The translations under genes were made by a program, and so were the position numbers. A stretch of DNA of 64,000 nucleotides, taken from positions 14,083 to 78,082 of the forward strand of contig JANNKH010000114.1 of assembly GCA_031396205.1 (NCBI GenBank), written 5' to 3'. Under the pieces are notes generated by a model. The model did no database searches. It saw only the letters and a list, made by a program, of their open reading frames with translations, and had not been told where the DNA came from. This DNA comes from Rhodoferax sp. Its GTDB lineage: Bacteria > Pseudomonadota > Gammaproteobacteria > Burkholderiales > Burkholderiaceae_C. Positions 56,601 to 64,000 of the stretch are shown here, piece by piece (positions within the stretch are counted from its first letter, which is position 1; every line of letters begins with the position of its first letter).

Positions 56601-56799
56601 CATTGCGGTGATCGGCGGCCTGATCACCTCCACCGTGCTGAGCCTGTTGGTGGTGCCGGCGGTGTTCACCTATATCGACGATGTCGGCAACGGATGGCGC
56701 CGCCTGCTGCACTGGATGCAGCGTCGCTCCGCGTCCCCTACCGATTCGCCACCAGCGGGTGGCCTCAACGTCGCAGAGGCGCCGCCTGCGCGGGCCTGA
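53647..56799 (+). CDS. RND efflux pump inner-membrane permease (AcrB/AcrD/AcrF family)
   Basis: 1050-aa ORF. N-terminus SWSIRNPIPAVMLFVLL, 12-TM architecture, two large periplasmic loops. Confidence 0.9.
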   Translation: MINVSSWSIRNPIPAVMLFVLLCFAGLLSFNAMKVQQFPDIELPTVSVVASLPGAAPAQLETEVARKLENSIASVQGLRHIYTKVQDGGVTITAEFRLEKPVQEAVDDVRSAVGKVRSDLPADLRDPIVNKLDMAAQPVLAFTVRSLARAGSTGMDDEALSWFVDNDVTRRLLAVRGVGGVTRVGGVNREVRVALDPMRLQALGATAADISRQLRQTQQESAGGRVDVGGGEQPVRTLGTVQTAQQLGALQLALSDGRRIRLDQVATVSDTIAEQRSAALLNGQPVVGFEVSRSKGESEVTVGAAVQQALRELKATHPDIAFTEAFNFVDPVQEEYTGSMHLLYEGAALAVLVVWLFLRNWRATFVSAVALPLSVIPAFAGMYLLGFSVNVITLLALSLVIGILVDDAIVEVENIVRHLRMGKSPYQAAMEAADEIGLAVIATTFTLVAVFLPTAFMSGVAGKFFKQFGWTASLAVVASLVVARVLTPMMSAYMLKPAQGEHKDPVWMKIYLRMATWSLKHRFLTMLGATAFFLASIALIPLLPTGFIPPDDNSQTQVYLELPPGSTLEQTVRSAERARLLVAGVEHVTSVYTTIGGGTAGADPFAPQGAAEVRKATLTVQLTERGTRPRKQGIENNIRTALEQLPGARSKVGLGGSGEKYILVLTGDDPLALQNAALAIENGLRTIPGLGSVASSASLIRPEIAVRPDFARAADLGVTSAAIGDTLRIATLGDYDVALAKLNLSQRQVPIVVRLQDSARSNLQLLERLAVPGSRGPVMLGQVATLEMTGGPAVIDRYDRARNVNFEIELSGLPLGDVKKAVDQLPAVKQLPPGVKIVEIGDAEVMGELFASFGLAMLTGVLCIYIVLVLLFKDFLHPVTILCALPLALGGAFVGLLVADKSFSMPSLIGLIMLMGIATKNSILLVEYAIVARRDHGLGRLEALLDACHKRARPIVMTTLAMGAGMMPIALGLGVADASFRSPMAIAVIGGLITSTVLSLLVVPAVFTYIDDVGNGWRRLLHWMQRRSASPTDSPPAGGLNVAEAPPARA

Positions 56800-57367
56800 C
56801 GGTCACCTGAGCTGGGTCGGCCTGTGCAGCGCGCTGGCGCTGGCCAGCGTCGTGGCGCAGGGGAGCGGCGATCCGCTGGCCCTGGCCTGGCATGCATCGG
56901 GGTGGATGCGTCACCCCTGGATGCTGTGGACCGCCAGCCTTTCGCACCTGACGCCCGTCCACCTGATCGTGAATCTGGCTGCCCTGCTGGTCATGGCGCT
57001 GCTGGGCGGCCTGTTGCGCGCGCAATGGCCGGCCACGGTGGCCGTGCTGCTGGCCTGGCCCATAGGCACGCTCGCGCTGGCATGGTGGCCGCAGATTGGC
57101 TATTACGGCGGCATGTCCGGACTGCTGATGGCCATGCTCGCGGTGTTGTGGGTCGACGCGACATGGCAAGGCAGTTCCCGCACGGCCTCGGTCGTCTTGT
57201 CAGTCGTGTTGCTGGTCAAACTGCTGGCCGAGCATGCGTGGTCGCAGCCGATCGTGTTCGATCCCGCTTGGGGTTTCAACGTGGTCCAGGCCGCGCACCT
57301 GAGCGGCGCCCTGGCCGGCATGCTGTGTGCCGTGCTGGTACGGGCGGCAATCGCCATCCGGGATTAA
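56759..57367 (+). CDS. Short rhomboid-family intramembrane serine protease (rhombosortase-like size)
   Basis: ORF 56681..57367. TM2 has HLIVN, the catalytic GMSG is in YYGGMSGLLMAM, and the catalytic His is in AAHLSGALAG. The start is uncertain (GTG 56759 or ATG 56681); either choice overlaps the RND 3' end. Confidence 0.65.
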   Translation: MASTSQRRRLRGPDGHLSWVGLCSALALASVVAQGSGDPLALAWHASGWMRHPWMLWTASLSHLTPVHLIVNLAALLVMALLGGLLRAQWPATVAVLLAWPIGTLALAWWPQIGYYGGMSGLLMAMLAVLWVDATWQGSSRTASVVLSVVLLVKLLAEHAWSQPIVFDPAWGFNVVQAAHLSGALAGMLCAVLVRAAIAIRD

Positions 57368-57377
57368 GATCGCTGGC

Positions 57378-57710
57378 ATGAACTGGCTGCGTAAACTTCC
57401 CGGCTACCGGCGCAGTCCTGCCGGCTTCGAATGGCGGCTGCTGCGCCTGCTGCCTTCGGTCTGGCTGGCCGGCACCGCACTGCCCGCATTGATGGCGCTG
57501 GCCGCGCGCTGGCTGATCAGCGCTGACAATGCCGCAGCGCTGGCGCGGCATATCCAGCTGTTCGACTACATGATGATCGGCCTGGTGATCTTCATCTGGA
57601 CGCTGGTGCTCACGGTCGCGATCGGCTGCATTATCGTCTGGCTGATGAAAGGCCCAGCCTATGTGGCCGATGGTTTCGAGGTGTCGCACAGCGACGCGCC
57701 GCGGCGCTGA
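57378..57710 (+). CDS. Small membrane protein of unknown function (two predicted TM helices)
   Basis: Start at ATG 57378 within ORF 57327..57710. Hydrophobic segments are LLPSVWLAGTALPALMALAA and MMIGLVIFIWTLVLTVAIGCIIVWL. Confidence 0.5.
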   Translation: MNWLRKLPGYRRSPAGFEWRLLRLLPSVWLAGTALPALMALAARWLISADNAAALARHIQLFDYMMIGLVIFIWTLVLTVAIGCIIVWLMKGPAYVADGFEVSHSDAPRR

Positions 57711-57722
57711 CACCCCATCGGC

Positions 57723-60140
57723 TCAGCGTGGCGCCCGTCCCTGCGCGGCCTCGATCTCGCGCACCACTTGCATCGTGCGCAGCACCCGGTCCGGCGTCAG
57801 GCTGATGCTGTCGATGCCCAGTTCGACCAGGTAGCGCGCCACCTCGATGTGGTCGGACGGCGCCTGGCCGCAGATGCCGCAATGGCGCTGGTTGCGCTTG
57901 GCGCCTTCGACCGCCATCTTCAGTATCTTGCGCATGCCCGGGTCCTGCTCATCGAAGGACTCGGCAACGATGGCGCTGTCGCGGTCCACGCCCAGCGTGA
58001 GCTGGGTCAGGTCGTTGGAGCCGATCGAGAAACCGTCGAACAGTTCAGCGAACTCGTCGATCAACAACACGTTATTGGGAATCTCGCACATCACATAAAC
58101 CTCGAGCCCGTTCTTGCCGCGCTCGAGCCCGTGGTCTGCCATCGCGGCCAGCACCCGACGCGCCTCGTCCAGGCGGCGGCAAAACGGCACCATCAACTTG
58201 AGATTGGTCAGCCCCATCATGTCGCGCACCCGCAGCATGGCCTCGCATTCGAGTGCAAAAGCATCGGCATAGGCCGGATGCACATACCGCGCCGCGCCGC
58301 GAAACCCGAGCATCGGGTTTTCTTCGTGCGGCTCGAAATCGCGCCCGCCCATCAACGCCGCATATTCATTGCTCTTGAAGTCGGACAGGCGCACGATGAC
58401 CGGGCGTGGAAAAAACGCCGCCGCAATCGTGCCGACGCCTTCGGCCAGCCGTTCGACGAAATAGCTGCGACCGTCGGCATATCCTGCCGACAGGGCCCGT
58501 ACGCGCTCGCGCTCGGCCACGTCCTGGATGCGTTCGGGGTGCAGCACCGCCATCGGATGCACCTGGATGTGCTCATTGATGATGAACTCCATGCGCGCCA
58601 GTCCGACGCCATCGCACGGCATCTGGCTGACCTGGAATGCCAGTTCCGGGTTGCCCAGGTTGACCATGATCTCGGTCTGTGGGCGCTGCAGGCCGGTCAG
58701 GTCGATGACGTTCTTGTGGAAGGCCAGCTTGCCCTGGTACACCTTGCCGAGCGCGCCCTCGGCGCAGGACACGGTCACCGATTCGCCGTCATGCAGCACC
58801 TCGCTGGCGTGCTCTGCGCCGACGACCGCTGGAATGCCGAGTTCTCGTGCAACGATGGCCGCATGGCAGGTGCGCCCGCCCCGGTTGGTCACGATGGCGG
58901 CGGCGGTCTTCATGACCGGCTCCCAGTCCGGCGAGGTGGTGTCGGCCACCAGCACCTCGCCCGGCCGGAACGCCGACAGATGACTGCCATCGGTCACCAC
59001 CCGCACCGTGCCGGCGGCGATCTTCGAACCCACCGCCCGGCCCTGCGCGCGCACGGTACCGGTTGCGTCGAGCACATGCTCCTCCAGCAGCATCGCCGAG
59101 CGCTGGGAGATTGCTGTCTCGGGCCGCGCCTGCACGATGTACAACGCACCACTCGGGCCGTCCTTGGCCCACTCGATATCCATCGCGCGGCGCGTTCCGG
59201 CGCGCAGGCTGTAGTGGTCCTCGATCTTGATCGCCGCATCGGCCAGCACCAACACATCGTCGTCACTCAGGCAGTAGCGCTTGCGGTCAGCCTTGGGCGT
59301 AGGCTTGTTGACCACCGGCTCGCGGGTGCGCCCCGGTGCGTACACCATGCGCACCTGCTTGTCTCCCAGCGACTTGCGCAGGACGCAGCGAAAGCCGGCA
59401 CGGTAGGTCGGCTTGTGCACATAGAACTCGTCCGGATCGACCGCGCCCTGCACCACGTTCTCGCCCAGGCCCCAGGCCCCGGTGATGAACACCATGTCCG
59501 GATGACCCGACTCGGTGTCGATGGTGAACATCACGCCGGCGCTGGCCAGGTCGCTGCGCACCATCTGCATAACGGCAACCGACAGGAACACCTTGAAATG
59601 GTCGAAGCCGTTGTCGATGCGGTAGGAAATGGCGCGGTCGGTGAACAACGAGGCCTGGCAGCGCTTGACCGCGTCAATCAGCATTTCTTCGCCCTGCACG
59701 TTCAGGTAGGTGTCATGCTGGCCGGCGAAGCTGGCGTTGGGCAGATCTTCGGCCGTGGCCGAACTGCGCACCGCGACGCTCAGCGCATCGCCGCTGGCGG
59801 CCTTGAATTTGCGCCAGGCCTGGCGCAGCTGCTGCTCCACGCTGGCCGGCATGGCGGCGCCGTAGACGATCTCGCGTGCCCGCGCCCCGGCACGGGACAA
59901 CGCGTCGGTGTCGGTCTTGTCCAGGCCATCGAGCAGGCGATGCAGTTCAGGCCAGGCCTGCGCGGCGTCCAGGGCATCGCAATACGCGACGGCCGTGACG
60001 GCAAAACCATCCGGCACCCGGATGCCCATCGGCGTCAATTGCTGGAACATTTCCCCCAGCGAGGCGTTCTTGCCTCCGACCAGCGCCAGGTCGTCGAGCG
60101 AGAGTTCCTTGAACCAGCGGATGTAAGTGGCGTCTGGCAT
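57723..60140 (-). CDS. ppsA: Phosphoenolpyruvate synthase
   Basis: 805-aa ORF. N-terminus VGGKNASLGEM, phospho-His domain TNRGGRTCHAAIVARELGIPAVVG, C-terminal PEP-utilizer domain. Confidence 0.9.
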   Translation of the reverse strand: MPDATYIRWFKELSLDDLALVGGKNASLGEMFQQLTPMGIRVPDGFAVTAVAYCDALDAAQAWPELHRLLDGLDKTDTDALSRAGARAREIVYGAAMPASVEQQLRQAWRKFKAASGDALSVAVRSSATAEDLPNASFAGQHDTYLNVQGEEMLIDAVKRCQASLFTDRAISYRIDNGFDHFKVFLSVAVMQMVRSDLASAGVMFTIDTESGHPDMVFITGAWGLGENVVQGAVDPDEFYVHKPTYRAGFRCVLRKSLGDKQVRMVYAPGRTREPVVNKPTPKADRKRYCLSDDDVLVLADAAIKIEDHYSLRAGTRRAMDIEWAKDGPSGALYIVQARPETAISQRSAMLLEEHVLDATGTVRAQGRAVGSKIAAGTVRVVTDGSHLSAFRPGEVLVADTTSPDWEPVMKTAAAIVTNRGGRTCHAAIVARELGIPAVVGAEHASEVLHDGESVTVSCAEGALGKVYQGKLAFHKNVIDLTGLQRPQTEIMVNLGNPELAFQVSQMPCDGVGLARMEFIINEHIQVHPMAVLHPERIQDVAERERVRALSAGYADGRSYFVERLAEGVGTIAAAFFPRPVIVRLSDFKSNEYAALMGGRDFEPHEENPMLGFRGAARYVHPAYADAFALECEAMLRVRDMMGLTNLKLMVPFCRRLDEARRVLAAMADHGLERGKNGLEVYVMCEIPNNVLLIDEFAELFDGFSIGSNDLTQLTLGVDRDSAIVAESFDEQDPGMRKILKMAVEGAKRNQRHCGICGQAPSDHIEVARYLVELGIDSISLTPDRVLRTMQVVREIEAAQGRAPR

Positions 60141-60304
60141 GTAAGTCCTTGCTGCGATTGCAAGGTTCCATCATGGCCCAGTCCAGGGCAGACCGGCTTG
60201 ACGTCGGTCAATGCCATCGCGGTTGTTCTTGCGCCAACCCACAGCGTCATGGGAAGAGCGCAGCACATGGTATAAGTCCAGACCAACAAAGGCCATAGAT
60301 CCAG

Positions 60305-61840
60305 ATGCCACCCGTCTCAGCCCATGTCCTCGATCAGGGACCTGCTGCGGCGCGCGTCGCGCGCGGCGACTCCGCGATGTGGGTGCGCCTGTTCCGGCGC
60401 GTCGGAAACCGGGGCAGCCTGCAGGCGCGCATCCGGGACATGTTCACGCATGCGATTCACGAGGGCCTGCTGCAACCGGGTGCCGCGTTACCCTCGACGC
60501 GCTTGCTGGCCCTCGAACTGGGTGTCTCGCGGATCACCGTGACCCGGGCCCTCGAATACCTGTGTGACAGTGGCCTGACCGAATCCCGGTCCCGCAGTGG
60601 TCACTATGTGTGCCACAACGCATTGCGTAGCAAAGTCGTGGTGGCGGCGGCTCAGCACGCCGCACTGCCGCCAGGGCGCGTTCCCGCGTGGGATGCACGG
60701 CTCAAGCTGCGCCCGTCGGCCCAGATCAACATCCGCAAGCCGGCCAATTGGCAGCAGCTGCCCTACCCCTTCATCTACGGTCAGTTCGACGACACGCTGT
60801 TTCCGTTGGCGCAATGGCGCGAATGCGCGATGGAGACGATGCATGTGGCCTCGATCCGCAGTTGGGCACCGGACCATATTGACCGTGACCACGAGCCCCT
60901 GATCGAGCAGATCCAGCAGCGACTGCTGCCGGCGCGCGGCATCTGGGCGCGGCGCGAGGAAATCCTGGTTACCGCCGGTGCACAGCAGGCTACATTTCTG
61001 CTCACACAACTGCTGGTGGGGGCGCGCACGGTCGTCGGTATCGAGGACCCCGGTTATCCGGACGCGCGCAACAATTTTCTGCTGCGCACGTCGCAGGTAC
61101 GCCGATTGCCGGTAGACGCTGAGGGTGTGATTGTTGGCGCGGCTCTGGCCCGCTGCCGGTATGTGTATGTGACCCCCAGCCACCAGTGCCCGACCACGGT
61201 CACCATGTCGCTGGCCCGGCGCCACCAATTGCTGGCGCATGCCGATCGGCACGACGTGGTGGTGATCGAGGACGACCATGAAAGTGAGCTCAATTTCTCC
61301 AGCCAACCAACGGCCGCGCTCAAGAGCCTCGATACCAGCGAGCGGGTCATCTACATCGGCAGCCTGTCCAAGACCCTGGCGCACGGGCTGCGCATCGGCT
61401 ACCTGGTCGCGCCGGCCCCGTTGATCGCCGAGCTGCGGGCACTGCGCCGGCTCATGCTGCGCCATCCCGCAACCAACAACGAGCACACCGCAGCCCGGTT
61501 CATCGCGCACGGATTCCATGAAACCTTCATGCGCCGGCTCAATGCGGCCTACCGTGAGCGCGCCGACATACTGCAGCAGTCGCTGGACAAGCATCTGCCC
61601 CAGGCACACTACCGCCACGCCATGGGTGGCTCCGCACTGTGGGTTGCACTGCCCGAGCAGGCCGACACGCGCGAGCTGGCGCAGCGCGCATTGCAACAAG
61701 GCATCGTGATCGAACCCGGCGCCGTGTTTTTCGGCGGGCCGAAAGCTCCGTCCCACCACATGCGTTTGGGTTACTCGTCGATCGCGGCCAGCCGCATCGC
61801 GCAAGGGGTGGCTGAATTGGCGGGATTGATCCAGGGCTGA
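60305..61840 (+). CDS. MocR/PdxR-type regulator (GntR HTH fused to a fold-type I aminotransferase-like domain)
   Basis: LPSTRLLALELGVSRITVTRALEYL is the HTH. An aminotransferase-like body follows (YVTPSHQCPTT ... IYIGSLSKTLAHGLRIGY). The start is 60305 or ATG 60377. Confidence 0.8.
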   Translation: MPPVSAHVLDQGPAAARVARGDSAMWVRLFRRVGNRGSLQARIRDMFTHAIHEGLLQPGAALPSTRLLALELGVSRITVTRALEYLCDSGLTESRSRSGHYVCHNALRSKVVVAAAQHAALPPGRVPAWDARLKLRPSAQINIRKPANWQQLPYPFIYGQFDDTLFPLAQWRECAMETMHVASIRSWAPDHIDRDHEPLIEQIQQRLLPARGIWARREEILVTAGAQQATFLLTQLLVGARTVVGIEDPGYPDARNNFLLRTSQVRRLPVDAEGVIVGAALARCRYVYVTPSHQCPTTVTMSLARRHQLLAHADRHDVVVIEDDHESELNFSSQPTAALKSLDTSERVIYIGSLSKTLAHGLRIGYLVAPAPLIAELRALRRLMLRHPATNNEHTAARFIAHGFHETFMRRLNAAYRERADILQQSLDKHLPQAHYRHAMGGSALWVALPEQADTRELAQRALQQGIVIEPGAVFFGGPKAPSHHMRLGYSSIAASRIAQGVAELAGLIQG

Positions 61841-61861
61841 GTGCCGACTCTGCGACACAAC

Positions 61862-62968
61862 CTAGGGTCTGGCCTGGAACCAGACCTGGCTCACAAACGG
61901 CGCATCGTGCTGGTAGGGCTCGCCGACCCGCGGCGTGATGACCAGCACGCCCCTGGCCTTGGCGGCGGCCAGCGTACGCACAATGGGCTCAGCCCAGGCG
62001 TGGTAGGACATGTTGAAGGTCGCCCAGTGCACCGGCAACAGGACGCGCGCGCCCAGGTCCAGGTGCGATTGCACCGCGGACTCCGGGTCCATATGGATGT
62101 CGAGCCAACTGTTGCCATAGGCGCCGACCTTCATCAACGCCAGATCGGGTGCGCCCAGCCGCTTGCGCACTTCGCTGAAATGGGGCCCGTAGCCGGTATC
62201 GCCGCTGTAATAGACCGCGTAGCCCGCGCCCTTGAGCATCCATGACGTCCACAGCGTCGAGTCGTCCATGCGCTTGCGGCCGGAATAGTGGCGCGCCGGT
62301 GTCGCATGGATCTCCACGCCCTTGAAACTGCGCTTCTCCCACCAATCCATTTCGTGGATCTGCACCAGCGGAACGCTCCAGCGCTGCAGGTGTGCGCCGA
62401 TGCCCAGCCCGACAAAAAAATGCGTACCGCCACGCGCCAGTTGCAGCACCGTATCGCGGTCCAGGTGGTCGTAGTGGTCGTGCGAGATCACCGCCGCGTC
62501 GATGCCCTCCAGCTGCGCCAGCGCGATCGGCGGGGGGTGCATGCGTTCGGGTCCGACAAACTGGAACGGCGATGCGCGCTGCGACAACACCGGGTCGGTC
62601 ATGATGCGCACCCCGTCGATCTCGACCAGCACCGTCGAATGGCCAAACCAGATCGCGCGCAGGCCCGTCAGCGGCGGCAGGTTCAGGCTGCCGGGAGCCA
62701 GTGGCAGCACGGGAATCGTGAATCCGGGCTCGCGCTGCTGGCCGCCGGAGTAGTCGCGAATGTTCTGCACCAGCGCCAGTTTGCTGCGGTAGGGCGGCGT
62801 GTTCTCGAACTTTGCATCGACGTACTGCGGCGACGCACGCATGCGGGCGAGCCGCTCGCCCTCCATCACGCCGCCGAAGGTCGGCAGGCCCAGCACCTGC
62901 ACGACGGCCAGGGTCAGAAACGCCACCAATACCAGCACGACCAGCAAGAACTTGGAACGACGCGCCAT
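61862..62968 (-). CDS. MBL-fold metallo-hydrolase (NAPE-PLD-like), N-terminal membrane anchor
   Basis: 368-aa ORF. The anchor is KFLLVVLVLVAFLTLAVV and the metal motif is VISHDHYDHLD. Confidence 0.8.
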   Translation of the reverse strand: MARRSKFLLVVLVLVAFLTLAVVQVLGLPTFGGVMEGERLARMRASPQYVDAKFENTPPYRSKLALVQNIRDYSGGQQREPGFTIPVLPLAPGSLNLPPLTGLRAIWFGHSTVLVEIDGVRIMTDPVLSQRASPFQFVGPERMHPPPIALAQLEGIDAAVISHDHYDHLDRDTVLQLARGGTHFFVGLGIGAHLQRWSVPLVQIHEMDWWEKRSFKGVEIHATPARHYSGRKRMDDSTLWTSWMLKGAGYAVYYSGDTGYGPHFSEVRKRLGAPDLALMKVGAYGNSWLDIHMDPESAVQSHLDLGARVLLPVHWATFNMSYHAWAEPIVRTLAAAKARGVLVITPRVGEPYQHDAPFVSQVWFQARP

Positions 62969-63026
62969 AGCATTTTCCCTTCCGCCCGATTCTGGCAGAT
63001 ACCCGCCACGCCATGCCCGGGCAAAT

Positions 63027-63044
63027 TGTCACGCTACTGTCATC
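63027..63044 (+). promoter_or_regulatory. Pho box (TTGTCACgctaCTGTCAT) upstream of phoX
   Basis: Two 7-bp direct repeats separated by 4 nt match the CTGTCAT-N4-CTGTCAT consensus, 68 nt upstream of ATG 63112. A weaker second pair, CCGTCATcaatCTGCTAT, is at 63067-63084. Confidence 0.6.
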
Positions 63045-63111
63045 GCCGACGACGATGCTCACATCTCCGTCATCAATCTGCTATTTCAATTTTTTCATGA
63101 CAACCCCATCT

Positions 63112-64000
63112 ATGACCCCACGCGCTGAATTCAACGACGAGGACTCCAACCGGTCCGACAACCCGCATATCGAGACTGTCATCGCCCACCGGCTCAACCG
63201 ACGCGCATTGCTGCGCGCCGGCGCCGGTGCAGCGGCCGGCGTGGCTTTTGGCGGCCTGGCATTGACCGGCTGCGCCAGCCCCGGCGCAGCCGCCGAGGGC
63301 GTCGCGCCAAGCCCCGTCACCCGGCTGGGTTTCACAGCGGTCGGCAAGAGCCTGGCCGATGCGGTGCAGGTGCCTGTCGGTTATCGCGCCGAGGTGTTGT
63401 ATGCGCTGGGTGACCCGATCCTGCCCGGCGCGTTGGCGTTTCGCAACGACGGCCTGGATGCCGACTTCGACAAACGGGCCGGCGACCACCACGACGGCAT
63501 GGAGTGGTTCGGGCTCGACGCCAGCAGCAAACCGTCCACCTCGTATGCCAGCCGCGGCCTGCTCGCGATGAACCACGAGGCAACCACCGATGAAAAACTC
63601 TCGTCGTTCTTCCTGCATGCCGACGGTGGCGGAACAACGCTACCGCGCACGGCGGCCGAGGTCGACAAGGAACTGATGATCCACGGCCTGACGGTGGTCG
63701 AGATAGAAGCCGGCGCCAACACCTGGTCCTACAAAAAGGACTCCACCTTCAATCGGCGGGTCACGACGATGACGCCGGCCGCGATCAACGGCCCCGCACG
63801 TGGCAGCGCGCACCTGGTGACCCGCTACAGCCCGGACGCTACCCGGACCCGGGGCACGCTGAACAACTGCGGCACCGGCAAGACGCCCTGGGGCACCTTC
63901 GTATCGGGCGAGGAAAACTGGTTTGGCTATTTTCACCGCAATGCCAAGGACGATGAGCGCCGCGGCAAGAAGGACCCGGCCATCGTTGCACTCGAGCGTT
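63112..64000 (+). CDS. phoX: PhoX-family alkaline phosphatase (DUF839), 5' part; continues past window end
   Basis: My own translation; the ORF is open to the window edge and is not in the ORF track. Tat signal NRRALLRAGAGAAAG. Then VPVGYRAEVLYALGDPI, AGDHHDGMEWFGL, LLAMNHE and NNCGTGKTPWGTFVSGEENW. Confidence 0.85.
   Translation, partial: MTPRAEFNDEDSNRSDNPHIETVIAHRLNRRALLRAGAGAAAGVAFGGLALTGCASPGAAAEGVAPSPVTRLGFTAVGKSLADAVQVPVGYRAEVLYALGDPILPGALAFRNDGLDADFDKRAGDHHDGMEWFGLDASSKPSTSYASRGLLAMNHEATTDEKLSSFFLHADGGGTTLPRTAAEVDKELMIHGLTVVEIEAGANTWSYKKDSTFNRRVTTMTPAAINGPARGSAHLVTRYSPDATRTRGTLNNCGTGKTPWGTFVSGEENWFGYFHRNAKDDERRGKKDPAIVALER

Noticed and set aside
56681-57367. Calling the rhomboid a rhombosortase (RrtA).
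   Set aside because: Only its size and generic rhomboid catalytic motifs support this. No GlyGly-CTERM target is in the window and no HMM was run, so I kept it as a generic short rhomboid.
60141-61840. Absence of the usual divergent ppsR (DUF299) next to ppsA, with a MocR-type regulator in that position.
   Set aside because: ppsR may simply be elsewhere in the genome. Adjacency alone gives no evidence that the MocR protein regulates ppsA.

Overview
High-GC proteobacterial chromosomal segment. Gene content and synteny look betaproteobacterial or Burkholderiales-like, but that is inference only. I recognise about 60 protein-coding genes, tightly packed, with many ATGA/GTGA start-stop overlaps. 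I found no rRNA, tRNA, CRISPR array, transposase or integrase.

Layout:
- 1-8 kb: a visibly more AT-rich, gene-decayed accessory patch. It holds a frameshifted tspO, a GNAT, a DUF6064 gene, a decayed CDF transporter, an orphan thioredoxin-ArsA fusion, DUF1801 and VOC remnants, two RibD_C/DHFR-like genes and a TumE/TumA-like TA pair.
- 8-15 kb: divergent operons of unassigned function. One strand has a BCCP-carboxyltransferase fusion, a class V aminotransferase and a Lon-N protein; the other has an MFS transporter and an S1P-lyase-like PLP enzyme.
- 15-22 kb: a dpp-like peptide ABC importer plus an M19 dipeptidase. Its binding-protein gene is cut by an in-frame TAA.
- 22-23.6 kb: a lone PEP-CTERM protein and a GNAT.
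- 23.7-30.4 kb: LysR plus ydcSTUV-patD (polyamine-type ABC system and gamma-aminobutyraldehyde dehydrogenase).
- 30.4-39.2 kb: nucleoside catabolism cluster (deoA, cdd, BMP-family ABC system, psuG, HTH-psuK).
- 39.3-44.4 kb: Rieske protein plus a Rieske-less oxygenase, GST, DenD-like SDR, AKR and SDR.
- 44.5-50.5 kb: GGDEF-EAL sensor, cupredoxin, cupin, DUF3034 protein, signal-peptide-bearing truncated haemoglobin and isochorismatase.
- 50.6-57.7 kb: orphan MazF-like gene, NodT-MFP-RND efflux operon, short rhomboid protease and a small membrane protein.
- 57.7-64 kb: ppsA, MocR-type regulator, MBL hydrolase, and a Pho box followed by phoX (runs off the window).

The best candidates for undescribed biology are the biotin-carrier/carboxyltransferase-PLP cluster, the split Rieske oxygenase pair, and the periplasmic cupredoxin/DUF3034/secreted-globin neighbourhood of a c-di-GMP sensor. 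All functional calls rest on my own reading of the translated ORFs and recalled family motifs. No database search was run.
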